Source: Bugula neritina (Eukaryota > Animalia > Bryozoa). Taken from it: a DNA stretch of 64,000 nucleotides. Below are positions 51,879-64,000 of this stretch, in pieces; within the stretch, counting starts at the first letter, position 1; each line of letters opens with the position of its first letter. Below the pieces are notes generated by a model that worked only from the letters and a program-made list of their open reading frames with translations, made no database searches and was not told the origin of the DNA. The stretch is taken from NCBI GenBank assembly GCA_964035545.1, contig OZ037766.1, positions 18,687,081 to 18,751,080 on the forward strand, written 5' to 3'. A program made the position numbers and the translations under genes.

Positions 51879-54800
51879 TTTCAGTAGGTTACCATATATT
51901 TCGTTATGTTGCAGTATATTTCGATGTGTTGCAGTGTATTTAAATATGTTACAGTGTATTTCAGTATGTTAGAGTACACTTCCGTAAATTACACTATACT
52001 TCAGTGAGTTGTAGTATATTTCAGTATCTTGCAGTATATCTCAGTATGTTACAGTATATTTCAGTATGTTGCAGTACATTTCAGTGTGTTACGGTATATT
52101 TCATTATGTTGCAGTATGTTGCAGTATATTTCAGTAGTTTGCAACATATTTCAGTAGGTTACCCTATATTTCGGTATGTTGCAGTATATTTCAACGTGTT
52201 GCAGTGTATTTCAGCATGTTGCAGTATAGTTCAGTGGGTTATAGTATATTTCAGAATGATACAGCGTATGTCGGTATGTTACAGTGTACTTCAGTATGTT
52301 TCAATATTTTTAGGTATATTTCAGTATGTTGAAGTATATTTTAGTATGTTGCAGTGTAATTCAGTATGTTGCAGTATATTTCAGTATGTTGTCGTATGTT
52401 TTAGTACTTTACAGTACACTTCTGTATAATACAGTATACATCAGTGTGTTGCAGTGTCCTTCAGTATGTCGCGGTGTGTTTCAATCTGTTACAGTATATT
52501 TCAGTAGTTTACCATATATTTCGGTATGTTGCAGTATATTTCAATGTGGTGCACTGCATTTCAATATGTTACTGTGTATTTCAGTATGTTGTAGTATGTT
52601 GCAGTATATTGCAGTAGTTTGCAACATATCTCAGTAGGTTACCATATATTTCAGTATGTTGCAGTATTTTTCAGTGGGTTACAGCATATTTTAGTATGAT
52701 ACAGTCTATTTCAGTATGTTACAGTGTATTTCAGTATGCTTCAATTTTTTTAGGTATATTTCATTATGTTGAAGTATATTTTAGTATGTTGCAGTGTAAT
52801 TCAGTATGTTACAGTATATTTCAGTATGATACAGTAAATTTCGGTATGTCGGAGTATATTTCAGTGCGTTACAGTATATTTCAGTATGATACAGCGTATT
52901 TCAGTATGTTTCAGTGTATTTCAGTATGCTTCAATTCTTTTAGGTATATTTCATTATGTTGAAGTATATTTTAGTATGTTGCAGTGTAATTCAGTATGTT
53001 GCAGTATATTTCAGTATGTTGTCGTATGCTTCAGTATTTTACAGGACATTTCCGTATATTACAGTATACTTCAGTGTGTTGCAGTGTATTTCAGCATGTT
53101 GCAGTATATTTCAGTGGGTTACAGTATATTTCATTATGTTGCAGTATGTTGCATTATATTTCAGTAGTTTGCAACATATTTCATTAGGTTACCATATATT
53201 TCGGTATGTTGCAGTATATTTCAATGTGTTGCAGTGTATTTAAATATGTTACAGTGTATTTCAGTATGTTAGAGTACACTTCCGTAAATTACACTATACT
53301 TCGGTGAGTTGTAGTATATTTCAGTATCTTGCAGTATATCTCAGTATGTTACAGTATATTTCAGTATGTTGCAGTACATTTCAGTGTGTTACGGTACATT
53401 TCATTATGTTGCAGTATGTTGCAGTATATTTCAGTAGTTTGCAACATATTTCAGTAGGTTACCCTATATTTCGGTACGTTGCAGTATATTTCAACGTGTT
53501 GCCGTCTATTTCAGCATGTTGCAGTATAGTTCAGTGGGTTATAGTATATTTCAGGATGATACAGCGTATGTCGGTATGTTACAGTGTACTTCAGTATGTT
53601 TCAATATTTTTAGGTATATTTCAGTATGTTGAAGTATATTTTAGTATGTTGCAGTGTAATTCAGTATGTTGCAGTATATTTCAGTGTGTTACGGTATATT
53701 TCATTATGTTGCAGTATGTTGCAGTATATTTCAGTAGTTTGCAACATATTTCACTAGGTTACCATACATTTCGGTATGTTGTAGCATATTTCAATGTGTT
53801 GCAGTGTTTGCAGTATGTTGCAGTATATTTCAGTGGGTTATAGTATATTTCAGTATGATACAGCGTATTTCAGTATGTTGCAGTGTTTTTCAATGTGTTA
53901 CAGTATATTTCAGTATATTACCGTATATTTAGGTATGTTACAGTTTATTCCGATGTGTTGCAGTGTATTTTAGTATGTTACAGTGTATTTCAGTATCTTT
54001 CAGTATTTTGCAATATGTTTCAGTATGTTACATTATATTTCAGTATTTTGCAGTATATTTCAGTGTGTTACAGTATATTTCAGTATATCACAGTGCATTT
54101 TCAGGTATTACACTATACTTCAGTGAGTTTTTGTGTCGTTCAGTATGTTGCAGTATATTTTAGTATCTTGGAACATGTTTCAATTTGTTGCAATGTATTT
54201 CAATATGTTACAGTGTATTTCAGTATGTTGCAGTATGTTGCAATGCATTCAGTATGTTACAGTGTATTTCAGTATGTTGCAGTATCTTGCAGTATCTTGC
54301 AGTATATGTCAGTATGTTGCAGTATATTTCAGTATGTTGCAGTATATTTCAGTTGGTTACAGTATATTTCATTATGTTGCAGTATGTTGCATTATATTTC
54401 AGTAGTTTGCAACATATTTCAGTAGGTTACCATATATTTCGGTATGTTGCAGTATGTTTCAATGTGTTGCAGTGTATTTAAATATGTTACAGTGTATTTC
54501 AGTATGTTAGAGTACACTTCCGTAAATTACACTATACTTCGGTGAGTTGTAGTATATTTCAGTATCTTGCAGTATATCTCAGTATGTTACAGTATATTTC
54601 AGTATGTTGCAGTACATTTCAGTGTGTTACGGTACATTTCATTATGTTGCAGTATGTTGCAGTATATTTCAGTAGTTTGCAACATATTTCAGTAGGTTAC
54701 CCTATATTTCGGTACGTTGCAGTATATTTCAACGTGTTGCCGTCTATTTCAGCATGTTGCAGTATAGTTCAGTGGGTTATAGTATATTTCAGGATGATAC

Positions 54801-57800
54801 AGCGTATGTCGGTATGTTACAGTGTACTTCAGTATGTTTCAATATTTTTAGGTATATTTCAGTATGTTGAAGTATATTTTAGTATGTTGCAGTGTAATTC
54901 AGTATGTTGCAGTATATTTCAGTATGTTGTCGTGTGTTTTAGTACTTTACAGTACACTTCTGTATATTACAGTATACATCAGTGTGTTGCAGTGTCCTTC
55001 AGTATGTTGCGGTGTGTTTCAATATGTTACAGTATATTTCAGTAGTTTACCATATATTTCAGTATGTTGCAGTATATTGCAATGTGGTGCACTGTATTCC
55101 AATATATTACTGTGTATTTCAGTATGTTGTAGTATGTTGCAGTGTATTTCAGTATGTTGCAGTAAGTTGCAGTATATTTCAGTATGTTACAGTGTATTTC
55201 AGTATGTTGCAGTGTATTTCCGTGTGTTACAGTAAATTTCAGTATGTTACAGTACATTTCTTTATATTACACTATATTTCAGTGGGTTGCAGTGTAGTTC
55301 AGTGTGCTACAGCACATTTCAGTATGTTGCAGTGTTTTTCAATTTGTTACAGTATATTTCAGTATATTACCGTATATTTAAGTATGTTAAAGTTTATTCC
55401 GATGTGTTGCAGTGTATTTCAGTATGTTACAGTGTATTTCAGTATGTTGCAGTATTTTGCAATATATTTCAAATGTTACAGTGTATTTCAGCATGTTGCA
55501 GTATATTTCGGTATGATACAACAAGTTTCAGTATGTTGGAGTATATTTCAGTGGGTTACAGTATATTTCAGTATGATACAGTGCATTTCGGTGCGTTACA
55601 GTATATTTCAGTATGATACAGCGTACTTCAGTATGTTTCAGTGTATTTTAGTATGCTTCAATATTTTTAGGTATATTTCAGTATGTTGAAGTATATTTTA
55701 GTATGTTGCAGCTTAATTCAGTATGTTGCAGTATATTTCAGTATGTTGTCGTATGTTTCAGTATTTTACAGGACATTTCTGTATATTACAGTATACTTCA
55801 GTGTGTTGCAGTGTATTTAAGTATGCTGCGATATGTTTAAATGTATTACAGTATATTTCAGTAGTTTACCGTATATTTCGGTATGTTGCAGTATATTTCA
55901 ATGTGTTGCACTGCATTTCAATATGTTACAGTATATTTCATTATGTTGCAGTATGTTGCAGTATATTTCAGTAGTTTGCAACATATCTCAGTAGGTTACC
56001 ATATATTTCGGTATGATGCAGCATATTTCAGTATGTTACAGTGTATTTCAGTATGTTGCAGTATCTTGCAGTATATTTCAGTACGTTGCAGTATATTTCA
56101 GTATGTTTCAGTCTGTTTCAGTATATTACAGTATATTCCTGTATTTTGCAGTATATTTCAGAGTGTTATAGTATATTTCATTATGTTGCAGTATGTTGCA
56201 GTATATTTCAATACTTTGCAACATATTTCAGTAGATTACCCTATACTTCGGTATGTTGCAGCATATTTCAATCTGTTGCAGTGTTTTCGGTATGTTGCAG
56301 TATATTTCAGTGCGTTATAGTATACTTCAGTATGATACAGCGTAGTTCAGTATGTTGCAATGTTTTTCAATATGTTGCAGTATATTTAAATATGTTGCAG
56401 TATGTTTCAGTGGGTTACAGTATATTTCATTATGATGCAGTATGTTACAGTATATTTCAGTAGTTTACAACATATTTCAGTAGGTTACCATATATTACAG
56501 TATGTTGCAGTATATTTCAATGTGTTGCAGCGCACTTCAATATGTTACAGTGTATTTCAGTATGTTGCAGTATGTTGCAGTGTATTTCAGTATGTTTTGG
56601 TGTATTTCAGTATGTTTCAAATTTTTTAGGTATATTTCAGTATGTTGAAGTATATTTTAGTATGTAGCAGTGTAATTCAGTACGTTGCAGTATATTTCAG
56701 TATGTTGTCGTATGTTTTAGTATTTTACAGTACATTTCTGTATATTACAGTATAGTACATTTCTTTATATTACACTATATTTCAGTGAGTTGCAGTGTAG
56801 TTCAGTGTGCTACAGCATATTTCAGTATGTTGCAGTGTTTTTCAATTTGTTACAGTATATTTCAGTATATTACCGAATATTTAAGTATGTTAAAGTTTAT
56901 TCCGATGTGTTGCAGTGTATTTCAGTATGTTACAGTGTATTTCAGTATGTTCCAGTACTTTGCAATATATTTCAAATGTTACAGTGTATTTCAGTATGTT
57001 GTAGTATATTTCAGTATGATACAATAAGTTTCAAAATGTCGGAGTATATTTCAGTGGGTTACAGTATATTTCAGTGTGGTACAGTGCATTTCGTTGCGTT
57101 ACAGTATATTTCAGTATGATACAGCATATTTCAGTATGTTTCACTGTATTTCGGTATGCTTCAATTTTTTTAGGTATATTTCATTATGTTGAAGTATATT
57201 TTAGTATGTTGCAGTGTAATTCAGTATGTTGCAGTATATTTCAGTATGTTGTCGTATGTTTCAGTATTTTACAGGACATTTCCGTATATTACAGTATACT
57301 TCAGTGTGTTGCAGTGTATTTCAGCATGTTGCGGTATAATTCAGTGTGTTACAGTGTATTTCATTGTGTTACAGTGCATTTCCAGAAATTACACTATACT
57401 TCAGTGAGTTTTAGTGTCTTTCAGTATGTTGCAGTTTATTTCGGTATCTTTCAACATATTTCAATGTGTTGCAATGTGTTTTAATATGTTACAGTGTATT
57501 TCAGCATGTTGCAGCATGTTGCAGTGTATTTCAGTATGTTACAGTGTATTTCTGTAGGTTTTAATATCTTGCAGTATATTTCAGTATGTTGCAGTATATT
57601 TCAGTATGTTGCAGTATATTATTTTAGTGGATTACAGTATATTCCAGTATGTTGCAGTATGTTGCAGTATATTTCAGTAGTTTGCAACATATTTCTGTTG
57701 GTTACCATTTATTTCGGTATTTTGCAGTAAATTTCAATGTGTTGCAGTGTATTTCAATATGTTACAGTGTATTTCAGTATGTTGCAGTATCTTGCAGTAT

Positions 57801-60800
57801 CTTGCAGTATATGTCAGTATGTTGCAGTATATTTCAGTATGTTGCAGTATATTTCAGTGGGTTACAGTATATTTCGTTATGTTGCAGTATGTTGCATTAT
57901 ATTTCAGTAGTTTGCAACATATTTCAGTAGGTTACCATATATTTCGCTATGTTGCAGTATATTTCGATGTGTTGCAGTGTATTTAAATATGTTACAGTGT
58001 ATTTCAGTATGTTAGAGTACACTTCCGTAAATTACACTATACTTCAGTGAGTTGTAGTATATTTCAGTATCTTGCAGTATATCTCAGTATGTTACAGTAT
58101 ATTTCAGTATGTTGCAGTACATTTCATGTGTTACGGTATATTTCATTATGTTGCAGTATGTTGCAGTATATTTCAGTAGTTTGCAACATATTTCAGTAGG
58201 TTACCCTATATTTCGGTATGTTGCAGTATATTTCAACGTGTTGCAGTGTATTTCAGCATGTTGCAGTATAGTTCAGTGGGTTATAGTATATTTCAGTATG
58301 ATACAGCGTATGTCGGTATGTTACAGTGTACTTCAGTATGTTTCAATATTTTTAGGTATATTTCAGTATGTTGAAGTATATTTTAGTATGTTGCAGTGTA
58401 ATTCAGTATGTTGCAGTATATTTCAGTAGTTTGCAACATATCTCAGTAGGTTAGCATATATTTCGGTATGATGCAGCGTATTTCAGTATGTTACAGTATA
58501 TTTCAGTATGTTGCAGTATCTTGCAGTATATTTCAGTATGTTGCTGTATATTTCAGTATGTTGCAGTCTGTTTCAGTATATTACAGTATATTCCAGTATT
58601 TTGCAGTTCATTTCAGGGTGTTACAGTATATTTCATTATGTTGCAATATGTTGCAGTATATTTCAGTAGTTTGCAACATATTTCAGTGGTTTACCATATA
58701 TTTCGGTATGTTGCAGTGTATTTCAGTATGTTGCAGTGTATTTCAGTATGTTGCAGTATGTTGCAGCATATTTCAGTATGTTACAGCGTATTTCAGTATG
58801 TTGCAGTGTATTTCAGTGTGTTACAGTATAATATTTCAGTATGTTAGAGTACACTTCCGTAAATTACACTATACTTCAGTGAGTTGTAGTCTATTTCAGT
58901 ATCTTGCAGTATATCTCAGTATGTTCCAGTATATTTCAGCATGTTGCGGTATATTTCAGTGTGTTACAGTATATTTCATTATGTTACAGTGCATTTCCAG
59001 ATATTACACCATACTTCAGTGAGTTTTAGTGTTTTTCAGTAAGTTGCAGTATGTTTCGGTATCTTGCAACATATTTCAATGTGTTGCAATGTATTTCAAT
59101 ATGTTACAGTGTATTTCAGTATGTTGCAGCATGTTGCAGTGTATTTTAGTATGTTACAGTGTATTTCAGTATGTTGCAGTATATTATTTCAGTGGGTTAC
59201 AGTATATTCCAGTATGTTGCAGTATGTTGCAGTATATTTCAGTATGTTGCAGTATATTATTTCATGGGGTTACAGTATATTCCAGTATGTTGCAGTATGT
59301 TGCAGTATATTTCAGTAGTTTGCAACATATTTCTGTAGGTTACCATATATTCCGGTACGTTGCAGTATATTTCAATGTGTTGCAGTGTATTTCAATATGT
59401 TACAGTGTATTTCGGTATGTTGCAGTATGTTGCAGTATGTTACAGTGTATTTCAGTATGTTGCAGTGTATTTCAGTGTGTTACAGTATATTTCAGTATGT
59501 TACAGCACATTTCTTTATATTACACTATATTTCAGTGAGTTGCAGTGTAGTTCAGTGTGCTACAGCATATCTCAGTATGTTGCAGTGTTTTTCAATTTGT
59601 TACAGTATATTACAGTATATTACCGTATATTTAAGTATGTCAAAGTTTATTCCGATGTGTTGCAGTGTATTTCAGTATGTTGCAGTGTATTTCAGTATGT
59701 TGCAGTATGTTGCAGCATATTTCAGTATGTTACAGCGTATTTCAGTATGTTGCAGTGTATTTCAGTATGTTGCAGTATCTTGCAGTATCTTGCAGTATAT
59801 GTCAGTATGTTGCAGTATATTTCAGTATGTTGCAGTATATTTCAGTGGGTTACAGTATATTCCATTATGTTGCAGTATGTTGCATTATATTTCAGTAGTT
59901 TGTAACATATTTCAGTAGGTTACCATATATTTCGCTATGTTGCAGTATATTTCGATGTGTTGCAGTGTATTTAAATATGTTACAGTGTATTTCAGTATGT
60001 TAGAGTACACTTCCGTAAATTACACTATACTTCAGTGAGTTGTAGTATATTTCAGTATCTTGCAGTATATCTCAGTATGTTACAGTATATTTCAGTATGT
60101 TGCAGTACATTTCAGTGTGTTACGGTATATTTCATTATGTTGCAGTATGTTGCAGTATATTTCAGTAGTTTGCAACATATTTCAGTAGGTTACCCTATAT
60201 TTCGGTATGTTGCAGTATATTTCAACGTGTTGCAGTGTATTTCAGCATGTTGCAGTATAGTTCAGTGGATTATAGTATATTTCAGTATGATACAGCGTAT
60301 GTCGGTATGTTACAGTGTACTTCAGTATGTTTCAATATTTTTAGGTATATTTCAGTATGTTGAAGTATATTTTAGTATGTTGCAGTGTAATTCAGTATGT
60401 TGCAGTATATTTCAGTATGTTGTCGTATGTTTTAGTACTTTACAGTACACTTCTGTATATTACAGTATACATCAGTGTGGTGCAGTGTCCTTCAGTATGT
60501 CGCGGTGTGTTTCAATCTGTTACAGTATATTTCAGTAATTTACCATATATTTCGGTATGTTGCAGTATATTTCAATGTGGTGCACTGCATTTCAATATGT
60601 TACTGTGTATTTCAGTATGTTGTAGTATGTTGCAGTATATTTCAGTAGTTTGCAACATATCTCAGTAGGTTACCATATATTTCAGTATGTTGCAGTATTT
60701 TTCAGTGGGTTACAGCATATTTTAGTATGATACAGTCTATTTCAGTATGTTACGGTGTATTTCAGTATGCTTCAATTTTTTTAGGTATATTTCATTATGT

Positions 60801-63800
60801 TGAAGTATATTTTAGTATGTTGCAGTGTAATTCAGTATGTTACAGTACATTTCAGTATGATACAATAAATTTCGGTATGTCGGAGTATATTTCAGTGCGT
60901 TACAGTATATTTCAGTATGATACAGCGTATTTCAGTATGTTTCAGTGTATTTCAGCATGCTTCAATTCTTTTAGGTATATTTCATTATGTTGAAGTATAT
61001 TTTAGTATGTTGCAGTGTAATTCAGTATGTTGCAGTATATTTCAGTATGTTGTCGTATGTTTCAGTATTTTACAGGACATTTCCGTATATTACAGTATAC
61101 TTCAGTGTGTTGCAGTGTATTTCAGCACGTTGCAATATAATTTAGTGTGTTACAGTATATTTCATTATGTTACAGTGCATTTCCAGAAATTACACTATAC
61201 TTCAGTGAGTTTTAGTGTCTTTCAGTATGTTGCAGTATATTTCGGTATCTTTCAACATATTTCAATGTGTTGCAATGTATTTCAATATGTTACAGTGTAT
61301 TTCAGTATGTTGCAGCATGTTGCAGTGTATTTCAGTATGTTACAGTGTATTTCAGTAGGTTTCAATATCTTGCAGTATATTTCAGTATGTTGCAGTATAT
61401 TTCAGTATGTTGCAGTATATTATTTCAGTGGGTTACAGTATATTCCAGTATGTTGCAGTATGTTGCAGTATATTTCAGTAGTTTGCAACATATTTCTGTA
61501 GGTTACCATTTATTTCGGTATTTTGCAGTATATTTCAATGTGTTGCAGTGTATTTCAATATGTTACAGTGTATTTCGGTATGTTGCAGTATGTTGCAGTA
61601 TGTTGCAGTATGTTGCAGGTATTTCAGTATTTTACAGTGTATTTCAGTAGTTTGCAACATATTTCACTAGGTTACCATACATTTCGGTATGTTGTAGCAT
61701 ATTTCAATGTGTTGCAGTGTTTTCAGTATGTTGCAGTATATTTCAGTGGGTTATAGTATATTTCAGTATGATACAGCGTATTTCAGTATGTTGCAGTGTT
61801 TTTCAATGTGTTACAGTATAGTTCAGTATCTTCCCGTATATTTAGGTATGTTACAGTTTATTCCGATGTGTTGCAGTGTATTTCAGTATGTTACAGTGTA
61901 TTTCAGTATCTTGCAGTATTTTGCAATTTATTTCAGTATGTTACATTATATTTCAGTATTTTGCAGTTTATTTCAGTGTGTTACAGTATATTTCAGTATA
62001 TCACAGTGCATTTTCAGGTATTACACTATACTTCAGTGAGTTTTTGTGTCGTTCAGTATGTTGCAGTATATTTTAGTATCTTGGAACATGTTTCAATTTG
62101 TTGCAATGTATTTCAATATGTTACAGTGTATTTCAGTATGTTGCAGTATGTTGCAATGTATTTCGGTATGTTACAGTGTATTTCAGTATGTTGCAGTATC
62201 TTGCAGTATATGTCAGTATGTTGCAGTATATTTCAGTATGTTGCAGTATATTTCAGTGGGTTACAGTATATTTCATTATGTTGCAGTATGTTGCATTATA
62301 TTTCAGTAGTTTGCAACATATTTCAGTAGGTTACCATATATTTCGGTATGTTGTAGCATATTTCAATGTGTTGCAGTGTTTTCAGTATGGTACAGTGTAT
62401 TTCAGTATGTTGCAGTGTATTTCAGTGTGTTACAGTATTTTTAGGTATATTTCAGTATGTTGAAGTATATTTTAGTATGTTGCAGTGTAATTCAGTATGT
62501 TGCAGTATATTTCAGTATGTTGTCGTATGTTTTAGTACTTTACAGTACACTTCTGTATATTACAGTATACATCAGTGTGCTGCAGTGTCCTTTAGTATGT
62601 TGCGGTGTGTTTCAATCTGTTACAGTATATTTCAGTAGTTTACCATATATTTCGGTATGTTGCAGTATATTTCAATGTGGTGCACTGTATTTCAATATGT
62701 TACTGTGTATTTCAGTATGTTGTAGTATGTTGCAGTGTATTTCAGTATGCTGCAGTGTATTTCAGTATGTTGCAGTAAGTTGCAGTATATTTCAGTATGT
62801 TACAGTGTATTTCAGTATGTTGCAGTGTATTTCAGTGTGTTACAGTATATTTCAGTATGTTACAGTACATTTCTTTATATTACACTATATTTCAGTGGGT
62901 TGCAGTGTAGTTCAGTGTGCTACAGCATATTTCAGTATGTTGCAGTGTTTTTCAATTTGTTACAGTATATTTCAGTATATTACCGTATATTTAAGTATGT
63001 TAAAGTTTATTCCGATGTGTTGCAGTGTATTTCAGTATGTTACAGTGTATTTCAGTGTGTTGCCGTATTTTGCAATATGTTTCAAATGTTACAGTGTATT
63101 TCAGTATGTTGCAGTATATTTCAGTATGATACAATAAGTTTCAGTATGTTGGAGTATATTTCAGTGGGTTACAGTATATTTCAGTATGATACAGTGCATT
63201 TCGGTGCGTTACAGTATATTTCAGTATGATACAGCGTACTTCAGTATGTTTCAGTGTATTTCAGTATGCTTCAATATTTTTAGGTATATTTCAGTATGTT
63301 GCAGTATATTTCAGTATGTTGTCGTATGTTTCAGTATTTTACAGGACATTTCTGTATATTACAGTATACTTCAGTGTGTTGCAGTGTATTTAAGTATGCT
63401 GCGATATGTTTAAATGTGTTACAGTATATTTCAGTAGTTTACCATATATTTCGGTATGTTGCAGTATATTTCAATGTGTTTCACTGCATTTCAATATGTT
63501 ACAGTATATTTCATTATGTTGCAGTATCTTGCAGTATATTTCAGTAGTTTGCAACATATCTCAGTAGGTTACCATATATTTCGGTATGATGCAGCATATT
63601 TCAGTATGTTACAGTGTATTTCAGTATGTTGCAGTATCTTGCAGTATATTTCAGTACTTTGCATCATATTTCAGTAGGTTACCCTATATTTCGGTATGTT
63701 GCAGCATATTTCAATCTGTTGCAGTGTGTTCGGTATATTGCAGTATATTTCAGTGGGTTATAGTATATTTCAGTATGATACAGCGTAGTTCAGTATGTTG

Positions 63801-64000
63801 CAATGTTTTTCAATATGTTGCAGTATATTTAAGTATGTTGCAGTATGTTTCAGTGGGTTACAGTATATTTCATTATGTTGCAGGATGTTACAGTATATTT
63901 CAGTAGTTTGCAACATATTTCAGTAGGTTACCATACATTACGGTATGTTGCAGTATATTATTTCAATGTGTTGCAGCGTATTTCAATATGTTACAGTGTA
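51879..64000. repeat. Diverged subfamily of the 10-bp satellite, mosaic of duplicated blocks
   Basis: Same monomer with more substitutions and frequent small indels; paralogous blocks at offsets 3296 (2538+758), 11327 and ~7.6 kb. Confidence 0.93.

Noticed and set aside
6-63906. Hundreds of plus-strand ORFs (up to 443 aa) rich in C/Y/Q/V/S/F, such as MLQYISVCCSIFQYVAVYFS
   Set aside because: The 10-bp monomer lacks plus-strand stop codons and cycles through all three frames, giving the same peptide in each; the ORFs overlap in all frames and have no domain structure

Overview
Eukaryotic, AT-rich satellite DNA (organism not identifiable from this window). About 53 kb of the 64 kb is one tandem array of a 10-bp monomer (consensus CAGTATRTTN; main variants CAGTATGTTG, CAGTATATTT, CAGTATGTTA, CAGTGTATTT) in a single orientation, organised into higher-order repeats. 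Five insertions interrupt it: (i) a 5'-truncated, stop-free CR1/L2-group LINE reverse transcriptase copy on the minus strand (471-2635, 5-bp target-site duplication (TSD) ATGTT, (AAAC)n tail); (ii) three apparently identical copies of a 2572-bp non-autonomous terminal-inverted-repeat (TIR) element, element A (CACAG...CTGTG, 2-bp TSD TA), which spread by tandem duplication of a 6.3/6.0-kb satellite+transposon unit and carries a tRNA-like Pol III cassette; (iii) a 756-bp MITE, element B (CACAG...CTGTG, 2-bp TSD TT). A and B share the terminal signature CACAG-N5-TTAAGG-N-CA and inserted 22 bp apart within the same satellite variant motif. Empty-site paralogs of every insertion are present in the window. 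The array is homogeneous and nearly indel-free up to ~47.8 kb and more diverged, with frequent small indels, after that. The hundreds of Cys/Tyr/Gln/Val-rich plus-strand ORFs are artefacts of the satellite. No host protein-coding gene is supported.
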